From assembly GCA_964247055.1 (NCBI GenBank), contig OZ176051.1, forward strand, positions 8,060,001 through 8,124,000: DNA of 64,000 bases, read 5' to 3'. The notes below the pieces were generated by a model. That model had not been told where the DNA came from. It saw only the letters and a program-made list of their open reading frames with translations, and searched no databases. Of this stretch, positions 40,601 through 52,083 are shown piece by piece. Positions within the stretch are counted from its first letter, which is position 1, and each line of letters opens with the position of its first letter. The translations under genes and the position numbers were made by a program. Source of the stretch: Paragordius varius (Eukaryota > Animalia > Nematomorpha).

Positions 40601-43220
40601 CATAAAAACTGGAGTTTTAAATTCTTTAAAATATTTACTGATGCAAGTAAGCTAGTAAAATTTTTATCATATATGGTCATATTCCCAAAACTTTAAAAAA
40701 TTATTAAATAAATTTAAAAATAGGGAACGAAAGTTTCAGTTATTTTGATCCATATACTTTAAAAATCTTAACATTTTATATTTAACTATGGATCAAATTT
40801 GAACATATTATAACGATAGGTTTGACAATGTATAATAACCACAATTCGTATATTATTAAAACAAACTGGCACATTTCCATCACCTTTTGGGGATTTATAT
40901 CATAGAGGGTTTGAAATTTTAAAAAAGTATTTAAGGTATGAAGCTGAATTCAAAAATATGCTTTTTTAGTCTTTCAGGATTATACAAAATGTAAAATTCT
41001 ATCATCCCAAACTTTGCCATTTTTTTCGATGTAAATCGCTAATGAAACAGGCAAATAATCGTATATTATGGTTAGAATATGTAAATAATTAACTTAAAAA
41101 GGCTCTCAGGCTATACTAAACCAGAAAAAAATGATATATTTTTATTTTATTAAAAGCTGTTCATTTCAATCGTGTTTTGGAGCTGTCCAAATTTTAGACT
41201 CTAGAAGTCACAAAATAAAAAATAAAGTATCTAATACATAAGAAATGTTTAAATTTAATTAAAATACCTTTCAAAACTGTAGTTTATTTACAAAATTGAG
41301 CTGTAGGATTACTCCAAAAGGTAGGACAAAAAAGTGAAAAGGTATTGAAGTGATAAGATAAATTAAATACCAAATATTTTATACATATCCTCCCTAGGTC
41401 TAACTAAGTGTCTGACTTTTGAAAACTCCACTCCCAAAAAATTTAGTTAATAGTCAACTGTTTATCATAAAGCAGTTAAAAAGGTTTTTCTGATTTTGTA
41501 TTTATTTTTTTATCTCTGTTTCTTATAGGTTAGGCTTGTTCAAACTTCAAATAATGGATTACTGTTGTATGAAATTCACACCAACTATATGATATATCGA
41601 GGTTCTATCCTAAATGCAACTTTCACTTTAACAAACATAATATTTAAATATTCTCAAGATGATCAAATCGATTTTGTAAATCCAAATTTTCAAATACAAT
41701 ATCCCTGTCATCCTGAATTATTGGGTATATTTAATCTCTTACTATTAAATTTACGTTTTCTACCAAATAATTTATTGATATTTTACTATATCATGTAAAT
41801 AGGGAGACATGGCTTAATTCCAAAGACGAAATTGGACAATCAAAGTGATTTTGTCTATTTTAATGTATTAGTACTGTTTTATATCTATGATGAATTATGT
41901 CAATTGATTACTGAAGATTATTTAGTTAACGTAATATACCTAAACAGAAATCAAAGTGACCCAATAAGCGCAATCACCTTAATCAAGTTTACTTTTGATA
42001 TTTATTTATCGAAATAAGAGCAAATAATATATAATTAAGCAAATGATTTAATTTTTGGTTTTTATAAACCAATGTCATACCACAAATTATACCATACATA
42101 AAATTAGATAGACTTATCTAAGGCTTACTTACATTTTATTTTTTGAAGGGGTATGCCACAGGCCTCATTAAAAAATATGGGCATTATTAAATATTTAATA
42201 GATTTCAAACATAAGATCAAGAAAATAAAAAAAAATGCTATTATATTACCAATTTTTATAGTTTTCTTATTGGTTAGAACTATATTGAAAATTTGTTCAA
42301 AAAATTTTATTATGATTTTGTGAGTATATTTTTGGATTTTTTTGTTTTCATTTTTTGGGCTCGGATTCGTAAATTAATGCAATAAATAGAGATACTTTAA
42401 CTTATGGGTGGATGCATACATCTTAATTTATCGAAACGGTCTAATCCAATGCGGCGCCCCATTATGTCACAAATGCCGTGTTTTTTCAATATGGAATTTG
42501 TTTGACACTATACCTACATTAAAAAATGAATTATTGGAAATGACCATCGAACGCAAGATAGCAAATAATTTTAGCGGATCACATCTAATAGTTGATTGAA
42601 TCGGCTAATTAATAGCCTCCAACTTATTTATGGCAACCCATATTATTACTGGTTGAAATACTTAAAAAGTGACATATTAAGCCTCAAAGGCAATGCTTTC
42701 CGTATGATATTTGGTATATTCATTTGTGTCCTCTGCATACATAGTATATATGCGATGAAATAAAGTTATGTGCTTGCTTAGTTAAAAGGTTTAAATTCGA
42801 TGCACAACTAAGTGTAAAAGAATTTTTAGGAAAGAAATAAGGTTGATTAGTTTAAATATTAATTGTATTGATTTTAACAGGCTGGTGGAGAATTTCGGTC
42901 GGCATTTAGCGTTTGATATCCAAATCCTTTTGCGGATAACGCTCAACATTATCCCAAAATTTGACAAACTATATATGTATTTTAAAATATTTTATACATG
43001 ATTTATTTTAAGGTTTTTGCCGATATATACGACGAATAGCCCATCTCTAAAAATAAAATTTGTGTCATATTTTGAACTGGTAAGGACCATGTTTGAATAC
43101 AATTTAAACTTCTTTGACAATGTGGAAGAGATCATAAAAAGCTTGATTACCTTTCATAATCAGTTTGCAGTATCTATGAACCAACGGGTAAGGCCATTTA
43201 TTGTTGTATTGCATATTTAA
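37700..43220 (+). CDS. Putative multi-exon orphan gene(s), possibly a membrane protein; structure unresolved
   Basis: GC-enriched open segments with AG/GT borders, e.g. 41529..41724 (VRLVQTSNNGLLLYEIH...YPCHPELL) followed by 41803 (RHGLIPKTKLDNQSDF). Others lie near 38750, 38910, 39090, 42400 (LWVDAYILIYRNGLIQCGAPLCHKC), 42600..42760 (hydrophobic MIFGIFICVLCIHSIYAM) and 42880..43220. No family recognised. Confidence 0.35.
39550..39993 (-). mobile_element. MITE family B copy
   Basis: Reverse-complement homology to 12424..12896 (GTTTTATATCCCAAAGCTC end; AAAATGGCGGCGAAAAGTTT core). Confidence 0.65.
40888..41320 (+). mobile_element. MITE family B copy
   Basis: Collinear with 12424..12896 (GGGGATTTATATCATAGAG start; AAATTGAGCTGTAGGAT end). 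Confidence 0.65.
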
Positions 43221-43947
43221 TATTTTATAACATCTAAAACCATGAAATATGCATATCGTAATAGTTTGGTTATTTTCGCCAGCATAATTTAAAATGCATA
43301 TGCTGTCGTAGAAGTCATTTAAACGTTAAAACATTGATTATTTTAAGAAATTTAAGTCTTCTACAATAAATTAATTTAAACTAAAAATATTTTATGTGTA
43401 TGGATAATATTTTGTAAACACTTGTTTTAATTCATTACAAAAGAATGTCCTTTATCACACCAAACTATAAGTCTTTATCAAACATAAGTTATCATTATAT
43501 TTCATTTTATTAAAAAAGTTTAATATTGCTTTGCTCATTAAATGTAGATTTATGTATTTTAGTAGTAATTTTTGGAATGAATCATTAAGCTTTGCAAAAG
43601 AATTTTATTTGGAATAATGTGCGCAAATTTTGCAATTTTCTGTTATAGAGCAGTTATTACAAAAGTGGTACTAACACTTTACACTCATAAGGGTTAAAAC
43701 CAAAATCAGAATATATATATATATATATATATATGTCATCAGGTTTTTTTGTGAAAACAGTTATTCGCACGCACAAAAAAATACAGTCACTCTTTTTATG
43801 CGGTACCGGTTTAAAATGGAAATTTATCTTTTTAGCAATAACTTTTGATAAAAAGGATTTCAAATATCGCCTAAATCTGATTTTATATACTTAATTAAAA
43901 AAAACTTAATATTACAGAGGATTGGAACAATTTGATACTGACCTTTT

Positions 43948-44255
43948 AGTAGTTTTAGATCCAGGAGCGATTTGAAATTTGATTATCTTACTAGGCCGAT
44001 ATGCTTATTTTTTTTAAAAAAAAAATGTTAAATCGTAAAAATCCTCATCTCAAACTTTTTCACCGCCATTTTCTTATTTTTTTTCTCGGATAGAAAATTT
44101 TAATTAACTTTAGTAAGGTTTCAGGCAACATTTTACCAACTAAAACTTGATATTTAAAATTAGCCGTTTTTCGATAGTGTTTCGGAGCTGTGCCAATTTT
44201 AGACTCTGGGAGTTATAAAACTGTAATAAATATAAACTTTTTTATCCAATACAGG
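43948..44255 (+). mobile_element. 5' part of a MITE family B copy, cut by the hAT insertion
   Basis: Matches 12424..12800 up to CCAATACAGG; the continuation is on the minus strand at 54125..54060. Confidence 0.75.
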
Positions 44256-45406
44256 CAGGGGCGTACCGAGGGGGGTGCAAGGGGGTGCATCATGCCCCGG
44301 GCGCCGTTATTTAGGGGCGCCTAAATGATTTTTTAAAATTAATTAATTATGCAAAAATAATAAGAACTTTCAAATGAAATTTTTTAGCAATTTAGGTAAT
44401 AATCCTTATAATATATACTTAAGGTGACCAGATTTTTTAAAGGAAAAAGCGGGACAAATCTGAGGGGGGGGTCATTGGGGGGGTGCAACTAAAAATTTTT
44501 ATACAAAAAATTTATCGTGATATTTATTTATTTTTAACACAAATATATTATAAATATAAAAAAAAATGTACCTTATAGGTTGTTTGTAACTTATTCAATA
44601 AATTTACATGTGCACGAACAAAGGGTGAAGTGATTGTAATATACTAAAAAAAATAATAAAGACGAAATCATCACAAAGTGCGCTGGGTGATGCAAGAAGC
44701 GGCACAAAAAATATTTTTAACAATTTAGTGAATAATCTTAATCAAAACATTATTGGCAGATACACGTTATTCAAATAGCTACTGATTTGTTACCCCTGGA
44801 TGTGGAAAATATAGATGTTAAAATGCTTGGATATTGTACAACTGTTAATTTGCTCTTTTGCTAGCGATTGAAATATTTATAAAAATGTGATCTCCTAGAA
44901 TCCTATTAGTCAAAAAATGTTAGAAAATAATTTTATACCATTACCTAATCGCAATATTATAAAGCATCCAGAAAAACAAGGCTCAGTGAATAGCCAGAAT
45001 ATAAAAATGTTTTATACAAACAGAAACGATTATTTGGAAGAAAAGACGGTGCATAATGACACTTTTTTATGAAGTCTCATTATAAAATAAATATATTGAA
45101 TGAAAACTTATATTATGGACAAAAGAAAAAAATACGTAGGATAGAAATGGTTAAAATAATCATTTTTAAACAAATTATGTTCCATACAATAATATTTTAA
45201 TTGTAGAATTCGCATTATCCTTACCTGAACCACTGCTATTGAACGTCTTTTTTCACAGTAAATTAAGTAAGGACACGGAATCAAATTTAAATGTTAAATA
45301 AAAGCCATTTTATGTGTTCAAATATAATTTAACAAATTATGAAGACTTATACAATATTTTAAGTAGTTTTGTTTATTTTTAACACAAAAACTTTTAAGAA
45401 AATATT

Positions 45407-47232
45407 TTATTTTTTGGTATATTTTTTGTTTGAGTGAATGCGTTTTAGCAGATTGTCATCATTTTTTAAAATATTGTAGAAGTCTTCACAAGAATTTGTC
45501 AAATTATATTTGATAGATAAAACGGCCTTTAAAGTTTCAACATTTAAATTGATTTTTCCGATGTCCACACCAGATTTACTGTGGAAAAAACGCGCTCAGT
45601 AGCAGCGTTGGTTCCAGGTAAAGATAGTGCGAATTCTACAATTTTTAAAATATTATTGTATGTAATATAGTTGGCTTCAAAAATATTTCGAACCAGTTCT
45701 TTTCTAGTGTTTATTTTGTCATAATTTAAGTTTTTCATTATTAATATATCTTTTAACTAATGATACTTCAGAAAAAAGATCATTTTCTGAAAGATTACTT
45801 TTTGAAAATTTTTGGGAGCAGATATAATCAAATGATTTTTGAACATCGCATCAATTAAATTCTGATTTTAATGTTATCCAATGAAAATAATCAATTTCAT
45901 TGATTTGCGTCGTCCAGTCTTCCAAATAATCTTTACAGTTTGTATAAAACATTTTTATATGGTACAGGATATCTTGGCGATTTATTAAGCCTTGTTTTTC
46001 TAAATAATTTATTATATTGCGGATGGTTAATGGTCACAAATTATTATCTAACCGTTCTTGACATTGGAATTTTAGGTTACTAACTTCATTGGCTACTTCG
46101 ATTGTCGAAATTTTGTCACCTTCTATAAATTTAATAATATTTTGAAATAGAGAAGCTTGATTATGTAAGAATTCTAACCATGATTTTGAAGAATCACTTT
46201 CAAAAAACTTTTTTAAAGTTGTAGGACATTTGTACTGTGACAAAAAAATGATTTTAAATGATCATACATTTTTAAATTCTTTCGATAGCTGGCATAAAAG
46301 CTAACCAACGAGTTTTACAATATCCAAGCATTTTTTGATATTGAACTTCTGCATTTTCACAGAATTCTTTAAGCGTTTCAACACGTACCGTTTATATATA
46401 AAAATAGGAATATATTTTAACGACTACATTTTCCACATCTACGTTGTGTATTATATGCGCTGCACACCCGACGCCAATAATGTTTTGATTAAGATTATCT
46501 GTTAATTTATTAAAAATATTTTTTGTTCCCTCCTTGCTTTTCCCCCAAAGTTCGTATTGGTGTTGTCAGCGCAATATGCGATAATTTTGTCTTTTAAATT
46601 ATTTTTTTCTAGAATATGCATTATTGAAGTAAATATTATTTCGGAATTTTTACCGAGTAGAGAAATTAAATCTAAAATTTTAATTTTTACTCCGGTTTTT
46701 AAATCAAAATATCTTATTAAAGCGGGAAATAATATTGTTTCATGTGATTTGATGCATCAGAGTATAGGGATAAGAAATTACTTTTCAGCAAATCTTTTTG
46801 TATTTCAGATAATGCATGTGGCGAAAGGACATTGCATACAATGGCTTCAGCCTTTGTACGGGCACATGAAAATTTTTTATTGAATAACGTGCGAATAACT
46901 TGTGAGGTAAAATCCATAGATCTAAAGAAATGATTGTGATAAACGGCGTGAAAAGATAAAACGCCTTCGGCTAATGCCAAATTCTTTTCTTCCTCTCCAA
47001 AAGCGGTTTTTCGATAAAAATCGCTCAATTTGTAAGATGATGCCGCCATATCCAAACATTTTTTTATTTTCTGTGTTTACATATGCTTTGTAATATCATG
47101 CTTGCCGCCATGTTCTATGGTGAATTCCCCTTCGGATAAAAAACATTTAACAAATGATTCATTCTTGGTTTTGATAAAAGGAAATTCTTTCATTAATTTA
47201 TCGTTGAATTTACAACCTCTTTTTGTGCTCAT
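45407..47232 (-). pseudogene. Disrupted hAT transposase (left arm)
   Basis: BED-like start (KCFLS..FTIEHGGKHDITKH), then SLYSDASNH, YCADNTNTNFGG, GCAAHIIHN, TRWLAF and the dimerisation motif LSLPGTNAATERVFS; several stops and frameshifts. Confidence 0.88.
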
Positions 47233-47279
47233 ATTTATAAACTACTATTAGTATAATAAATATTATATTACCTTATCTG

Positions 47280-47640
47280 GAATAAACGTGTAAGGTACCG
47301 ATTTGTGGTATCAATTTGTCGTTTAAGCTACCGATTTGTGGTATTAATTTGGCTTTAAAATAATGTTGGCAAGTAATAAAACTAAAATATTAGTATATGA
47401 AATAAACGTGTAAGGTACCGATTTGTGGTATCAATTTGTTTTTTAAGCTACCGATTTGTGGTATTAATTTGGCTTTTTGATATGTTAGCAAGTAATAAAA
47501 CTAAAATATTAGCATAGTAAATATTATATTACCTTAATTTTCTGAAATAAACGTATAAGCTAACCCATTTGTGGTATTAATTTGTCTTTTAATCTAGAGA
47601 TTGTGGTATTAACTTGGCTTTTTGATAATGATGACAGTAG
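47280..47640. repeat. About 120-bp tandem repeat x3 with internal 31-bp subrepeats, upstream of the transposase
   Basis: Units begin GAAATAAACGTG/GGAATAAACGTG; each holds two TACCGATTTGTGGTAT(C/T)AATTTG motifs; mirrored at about 54600..54960. Confidence 0.85.
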
Positions 47641-48584
47641 TAGTAGGAATCAAAGTGTATAATTTTATGATATAAATTCGAAAAAAATAAATATTTTTGA
47701 TTTAAAAATAAAAAATTTTAATTTAAAATTGAATAGATTTTAAAGATATTTAATGAAAACTTAAAACGGATAAAAAAAATTTATTCGTATTAAAAAAAAT
47801 TTTTTTTAGATAATCGTGAAAAAGCGGGACATTTTAAAAACGTAGCGGGACGCGGGACAAAGTGTTAAAAAGCGGGACGTCTGCTTATATATAATCTATT
47901 ATTCACCGAATTCGTACCATTGAATTAATTTAGTATCATATAAATATATATATTTATTAGATTTAAAATTTATATGACTAGGCTGTCCTATCTATGGTGT
48001 TTAGGTTACAACGTTTGTATTTTTTTACTAAATTGTTTTATTGGTTTTTTAAAAAAAGGGGGGAGGGGCGCCATAAAATTTTTATGCCCCGGGCGCCGCA
48101 AATGCTCGGTACGCCACTGATGGTGTGATACAAAATTATTATTCGAGATCTTATATTTAATTTGGATATTATCATTCATTTTAAGCCAATAACCCCTTTT
48201 AAAAACCGAAAGAATCTTTGATTAAGTTTTCATTGTAATCAATATTTTAATATTATCGCTTTCCATCATTTGTTTTTTATGATCGGCATTTTCCATGCTT
48301 TTATTCGCTTGTTGATTCATTAATCTATTTGTATATCATCAATTATTGTAGGTTTTACTCACAAGATGTGGTAAAGGGTCAAATACCCTTAAACTGAAAC
48401 CGAGGTTAGGAGATAAAACCGCCCCCAATACCTAAATTCATTTAAATTGCGATGGCCCGCGGCCTGCGGATTTATACTATATATCATAGGATATGCGTTG
48501 TACAAAATTTGACATTTACCTTTAAAAACATATTATTTTATCTAAAAACTATCATTCACAATCCGGCTATAGATTTACCCTAAT

Positions 48585-48880
48585 CCAGAGGTGTCCTACA
48601 CAAATGGTGCGCGAACCGCATTTTTAACTAAAAAACCCGAAGGGGGCATTTGAAATATATATGGGCATTCCTAAATCATTCAGTAGATTTCAAACATAAG
48701 AAATGCAAACACATTATAGCAATAATTTATAGTTCTTGCCAATTGGATAAACTGAATTAGAAAAATTGTTTATGTAATATTAATTATATAAGATTTTGTG
48801 CATATTTATATATTATAGATTTCCAAATTTCTCGAGGGCTATACATAAAGTCTCGAAGGGGCGCGTGTTAGACACCCCTG
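48585..48880. mobile_element. hAT-type MITE inside the inverted segment
   Basis: CAGAGGTGTCCTAC / GTTAGACACCCCTG; flanks CCCTAATC / CTCTAATG; internal similarity to about 42150..42370. Confidence 0.65.
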
Positions 48881-49680
48881 CTCTAATGGATAACAAAACA
48901 TTCACAAATTATTAATATCCTTTGCTCATAAAAAATTAATAATATACTTCTTATAACATGGGATATTCCGCAAAACAATTATTTGGGAGTTTAAATTTAA
49001 AAAAGACTCTTTTTTTAAAAACTTGTTTCGGAAATTTTTTTTTTTAAAATAAATTAACACTGTTTTTTGAATCCACAATTTATGTGATTCATGTATCTTA
49101 ATAAAAAATTATTTATCTATAGTTAATTAAATTTTTTTTGTAGAACATCACATTAAGGAATGCTTGTCTCGAGCTTTTAAAAATATTGATATTAATATGA
49201 CCTATTTATTTAATGGAAAAAAATAACTTTTTTACTGTTTTTAACTATAGTTAATGATTGGATAGATCTTTAAAACTCCTGTATCGTATTACTTTTCCAT
49301 CGGTTTTGCTTATACATATTTAAATAAAAACAGGCACCTTCGTCCTACTTGCTGTGATAGGAGATTTATAATGTTATCCCAATTTAAGTGAGCTTAAGGT
49401 TTTGTAATTTTTATAAACCATATATTAGCTATAACAATTTGATAATTTGACTGATTTGGTTGATGTGAAAATAACCGACTTAGAGGTACAAAATCCGGCA
49501 AACTAACCGTTTAGGTTTTAAAGAGCTTTGTACATCCGATATTTTTAAAAGCAATCGATTATCAACTCTATGGAAACCACTTGTCCGGTAACAATCAATC
49601 ATATTTTCCATTTTATATTGGTGTCAAACTGCTAATACCAAATGTATTTTATAGTATTTGACATATATAATAAATATTTT

Positions 49681-50363
49681 TTAATTAATAAAATTTATCA
49701 TATTAATAATTTCTTGAAATGTGTCGGAATAATCTTGATAGGGAAGCAAAAGACTTTCACGGTTATTTTTCACATCCACTGAATATTTGTTATAATTATC
49801 ACATATTTTTTGACTATTTATAATAATTTTGGTTTGAGATTTTGGAAGGTCTTTAAGCCTCAATAAATAATTTTCCTGAAAAAATTAGATGTAACACACC
49901 TGAAACGGTTTATCCATATTATTATCATAGCCCAAAAGATTATTTAATGATAATGAAGGTTTGTGAATTAAAGTGTAATTTTTGCATAGATCAGGATGGC
50001 GACGAAGCTGGATTGTAGGAAAGCAGGAATATTTTTTTGTATAATCCGCTAAAAAATCGCTGGTTGATTCATTAAAGTAAAATACGCTATCGTTATTTTT
50101 AAGCTGTAAATGCAATGGAATGGATTCTAAATTATCAACATCACATAGTTCATTATTTGGATCTATCAATTTCATTAAATTATTGGGATAATATTTAGTC
50201 CATAAAATTGGATGACATTTTTTCCGTTTTTTAGATGTATTATGATTTAGGTTCTTCTTATCTATAATTGTTATAAAATTTTACTATAATATGCAGGATT
50301 TTTTGTTTTCTTTTGTGAATAAGGTTTCAGTAAAAACTTATTGGAATCTGAGCTGCCTAGCAT
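49681..50363 (-). CDS. Hypothetical protein, about 210 aa, 3 exons, divergent from MRRF
   Basis: ATG 50363 MLGSSDSNKF...; GT-AG introns 50284..50262 (23 nt) and 49899..49876 (24 nt) join the three open segments, including ORFs 49885..50175 and 49681..49863, into one frame. No family recognised; the 3' end could extend. Confidence 0.6.
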
Positions 50364-50409
50364 AATATAATATTAACCATATGAATATTTTTTCACTAAA
50401 CGGCAAAGC

Positions 50410-51236
50410 ATGTTTCAACTTCTAAGATCTATACCTTTTTTGAGTCTTAACACCTATAAATATATCCGGCATTTCTCCTCAAAAAAGCGTAATTTAACAA
50501 TTTACTTTTAAGCTAAAAAAGTTAATATAGATGAAAATACTTTTTCCTCAATAATTAACGTAGACAAACTAAATAATGAATTTCAGGTAATTTTGGAAGA
50601 TGCATTAAAACGGTTGAATAATTACTTTTTACTTTCAAACGGGCCAAGTTGAAATGATTTTATTATTAGATTTAATTTGTGACCTGACAATTGAAAAAAA
50701 CAATAAAGTTTTAAAATTAAAAGATGTGTCCCAGATAGTTTTGAAAGGGCAAAACTTATTAGCCGTTAATTTGATGAGCAATCCTGACGTTTATATACAC
50801 ACTTTAATATAAAGCTAATAACAAAAGTAGAAAAATCCTTGAATACGAGTGGATTGAATTTGAGTATTCAAAAGGAAGGACCCGTTATATACGTAACTAT
50901 GCCCAGGTTGGATACATTATAATTAGAGAATTACACAAGAATATAAATTAAATTTAGTCAAGTCCGGAAAAACTATACTACAAAAATATAAAAATTGCAT
51001 AAAAGAGACCCAAAATTCTTATATAAACCAGACCAATTCATTAAACAACAAATTCTCCAAAGATGACATATACAAATCCAAAATGAAAGTAAAAACCAAC
51101 AAATATTTATTTCTATAACATAATATAAAATTATTTATTTTCTTTCTTGCAGATCCAGGAAATGGCCCATGAATATTTCGATAAAATTGATGGTGTATTT
51201 GAAAAAAAGAGTCAAAAATTTTTAAAGCACGTTTAA
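50410..51236 (+). CDS. MRRF: Mitochondrial ribosome recycling factor, 222 aa, 6 exons
   Basis: Exons 50410-50488, 50513-50647, 50670-50788, 50815-50906, 50929-51088 and 51153-51236 give one open frame. It starts with a basic/hydrophobic presequence MFQLLRSIPFLSLNTYKYIRHFSSKK. Later segments are KDVSQIVLKGQNLLAVNL, SLNTSGLNLSIQKEGPVIYVTMPRITQEYKLNLVK and IQEMAHEYFDKIDGVFEKKSQKFL, which match RRF motifs (SG.NL.P..EG..I.VPIP..T.E.R..LVK; IQ...D..I..ID..L..K.KEL). Missed by the ORF track. Confidence 0.85.
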
Positions 51237-51302
51237 AATAAATTAATAATCATGTACATCTCCTTAAAATATTTTTTGCCGAGAATATTAAAATCTCAAC
51301 AC

Positions 51303-52083
51303 TTATTTTTTGATTCTTCTTGGATACATGAATCTGTGTTTCATCAAGTTATATGGTTGAATTTTTAATTGTATTTTATTATCTTTAAACAATTTTTTGA
51401 CAAACGGGTATGTCAAGATCTCAATTAAATGCGATTCTGTTTTTCTGAAACATTTACCTTTTTTCACTTAAGTCCCTGACCTATGGCCACAAACTGGGGG
51501 GTGGACATATATAAAATTATATGCCTCATAATTAATAAAAGTATAAACTTTAACTAAACATTATTAATTGTTGGAGAACAATATTTTTAGTTCCTTTTCC
51601 TCATTTGAAATTGGATTTTATTGTATACATATGGGTAAAGTTCTTAAATTAATTATTTTTATGTTTATGTAATGGTTAATTCTTAAGTTTTTCAATTAAA
51701 TATTTGGTATAAATTATAATATCAGAAGAATATTTTTACCACTTTGTTGTTTAAATAAGATTTTAGATTTTATTACACCTAATGCAACAAGATTTCTTTT
51801 TTTTTCGGACGCAAGGCGTTTTGTATGATACCAATCAAAAATACATTCTTGACCTAAAATTAGACAAAATATAATATATTTATGAAATAGTTGGGCAATT
51901 AATTATTTTTGATAGAATTATTTTCGATCGTTGATTTTCAATTTCAAAATTCATGGTAGTTTTATTGCGCTGACATGTTATTTGATACAGATATGTGTTG
52001 GCCCACTCCACTCGGTATAGATTATTATTGATATGGATTTCCCTGTAAATTTTGACTTTCTGATCACTCATAATTATTAACAC
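51303..52083 (-). CDS. Possible hypothetical gene convergent with MRRF
   Basis: Open segments 52083..51880 (SDQKVKIYREIH...), about 51850..51740 (QECIFDWYHTKRLASEK) and about 51445..51303 (TESHLIEILTYPFVKKLF...RRIKK*) with plausible splice sites; the joins are not resolved. Confidence 0.3.

Larger units (their letters stand above)
44256..48119 (-). mobile_element. Composite hAT element, left arm (3864 bp): GC-rich MITE shell with a nested transposase-bearing hAT
   Basis: Outer TIRs CAGGGGCGTACCGAG / CTCGGTACGCCACTG. Nested element 44420..47887 (TAAGGTGACCAGA... / CGGGACGTCTGCTTA) with flanks TATATACT / TATATAAT. Reverse complement of 54126..57986. Confidence 0.92.

Noticed and set aside
46557-46883. 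108-aa ORF (and its mirror 55358..55684)
   Set aside because: An antisense shadow of the transposase pseudogene.
47280-47640. CRISPR-like repeat array
   Set aside because: The intervening sequences are themselves repeated, the context is a eukaryotic transposon, and there are no cas genes.
49260-49610. Additional small gene downstream of the orphan (MENMIDCYRTSG...)
   Set aside because: Every splice combination tried ended in an early stop; not supportable without RNA data.
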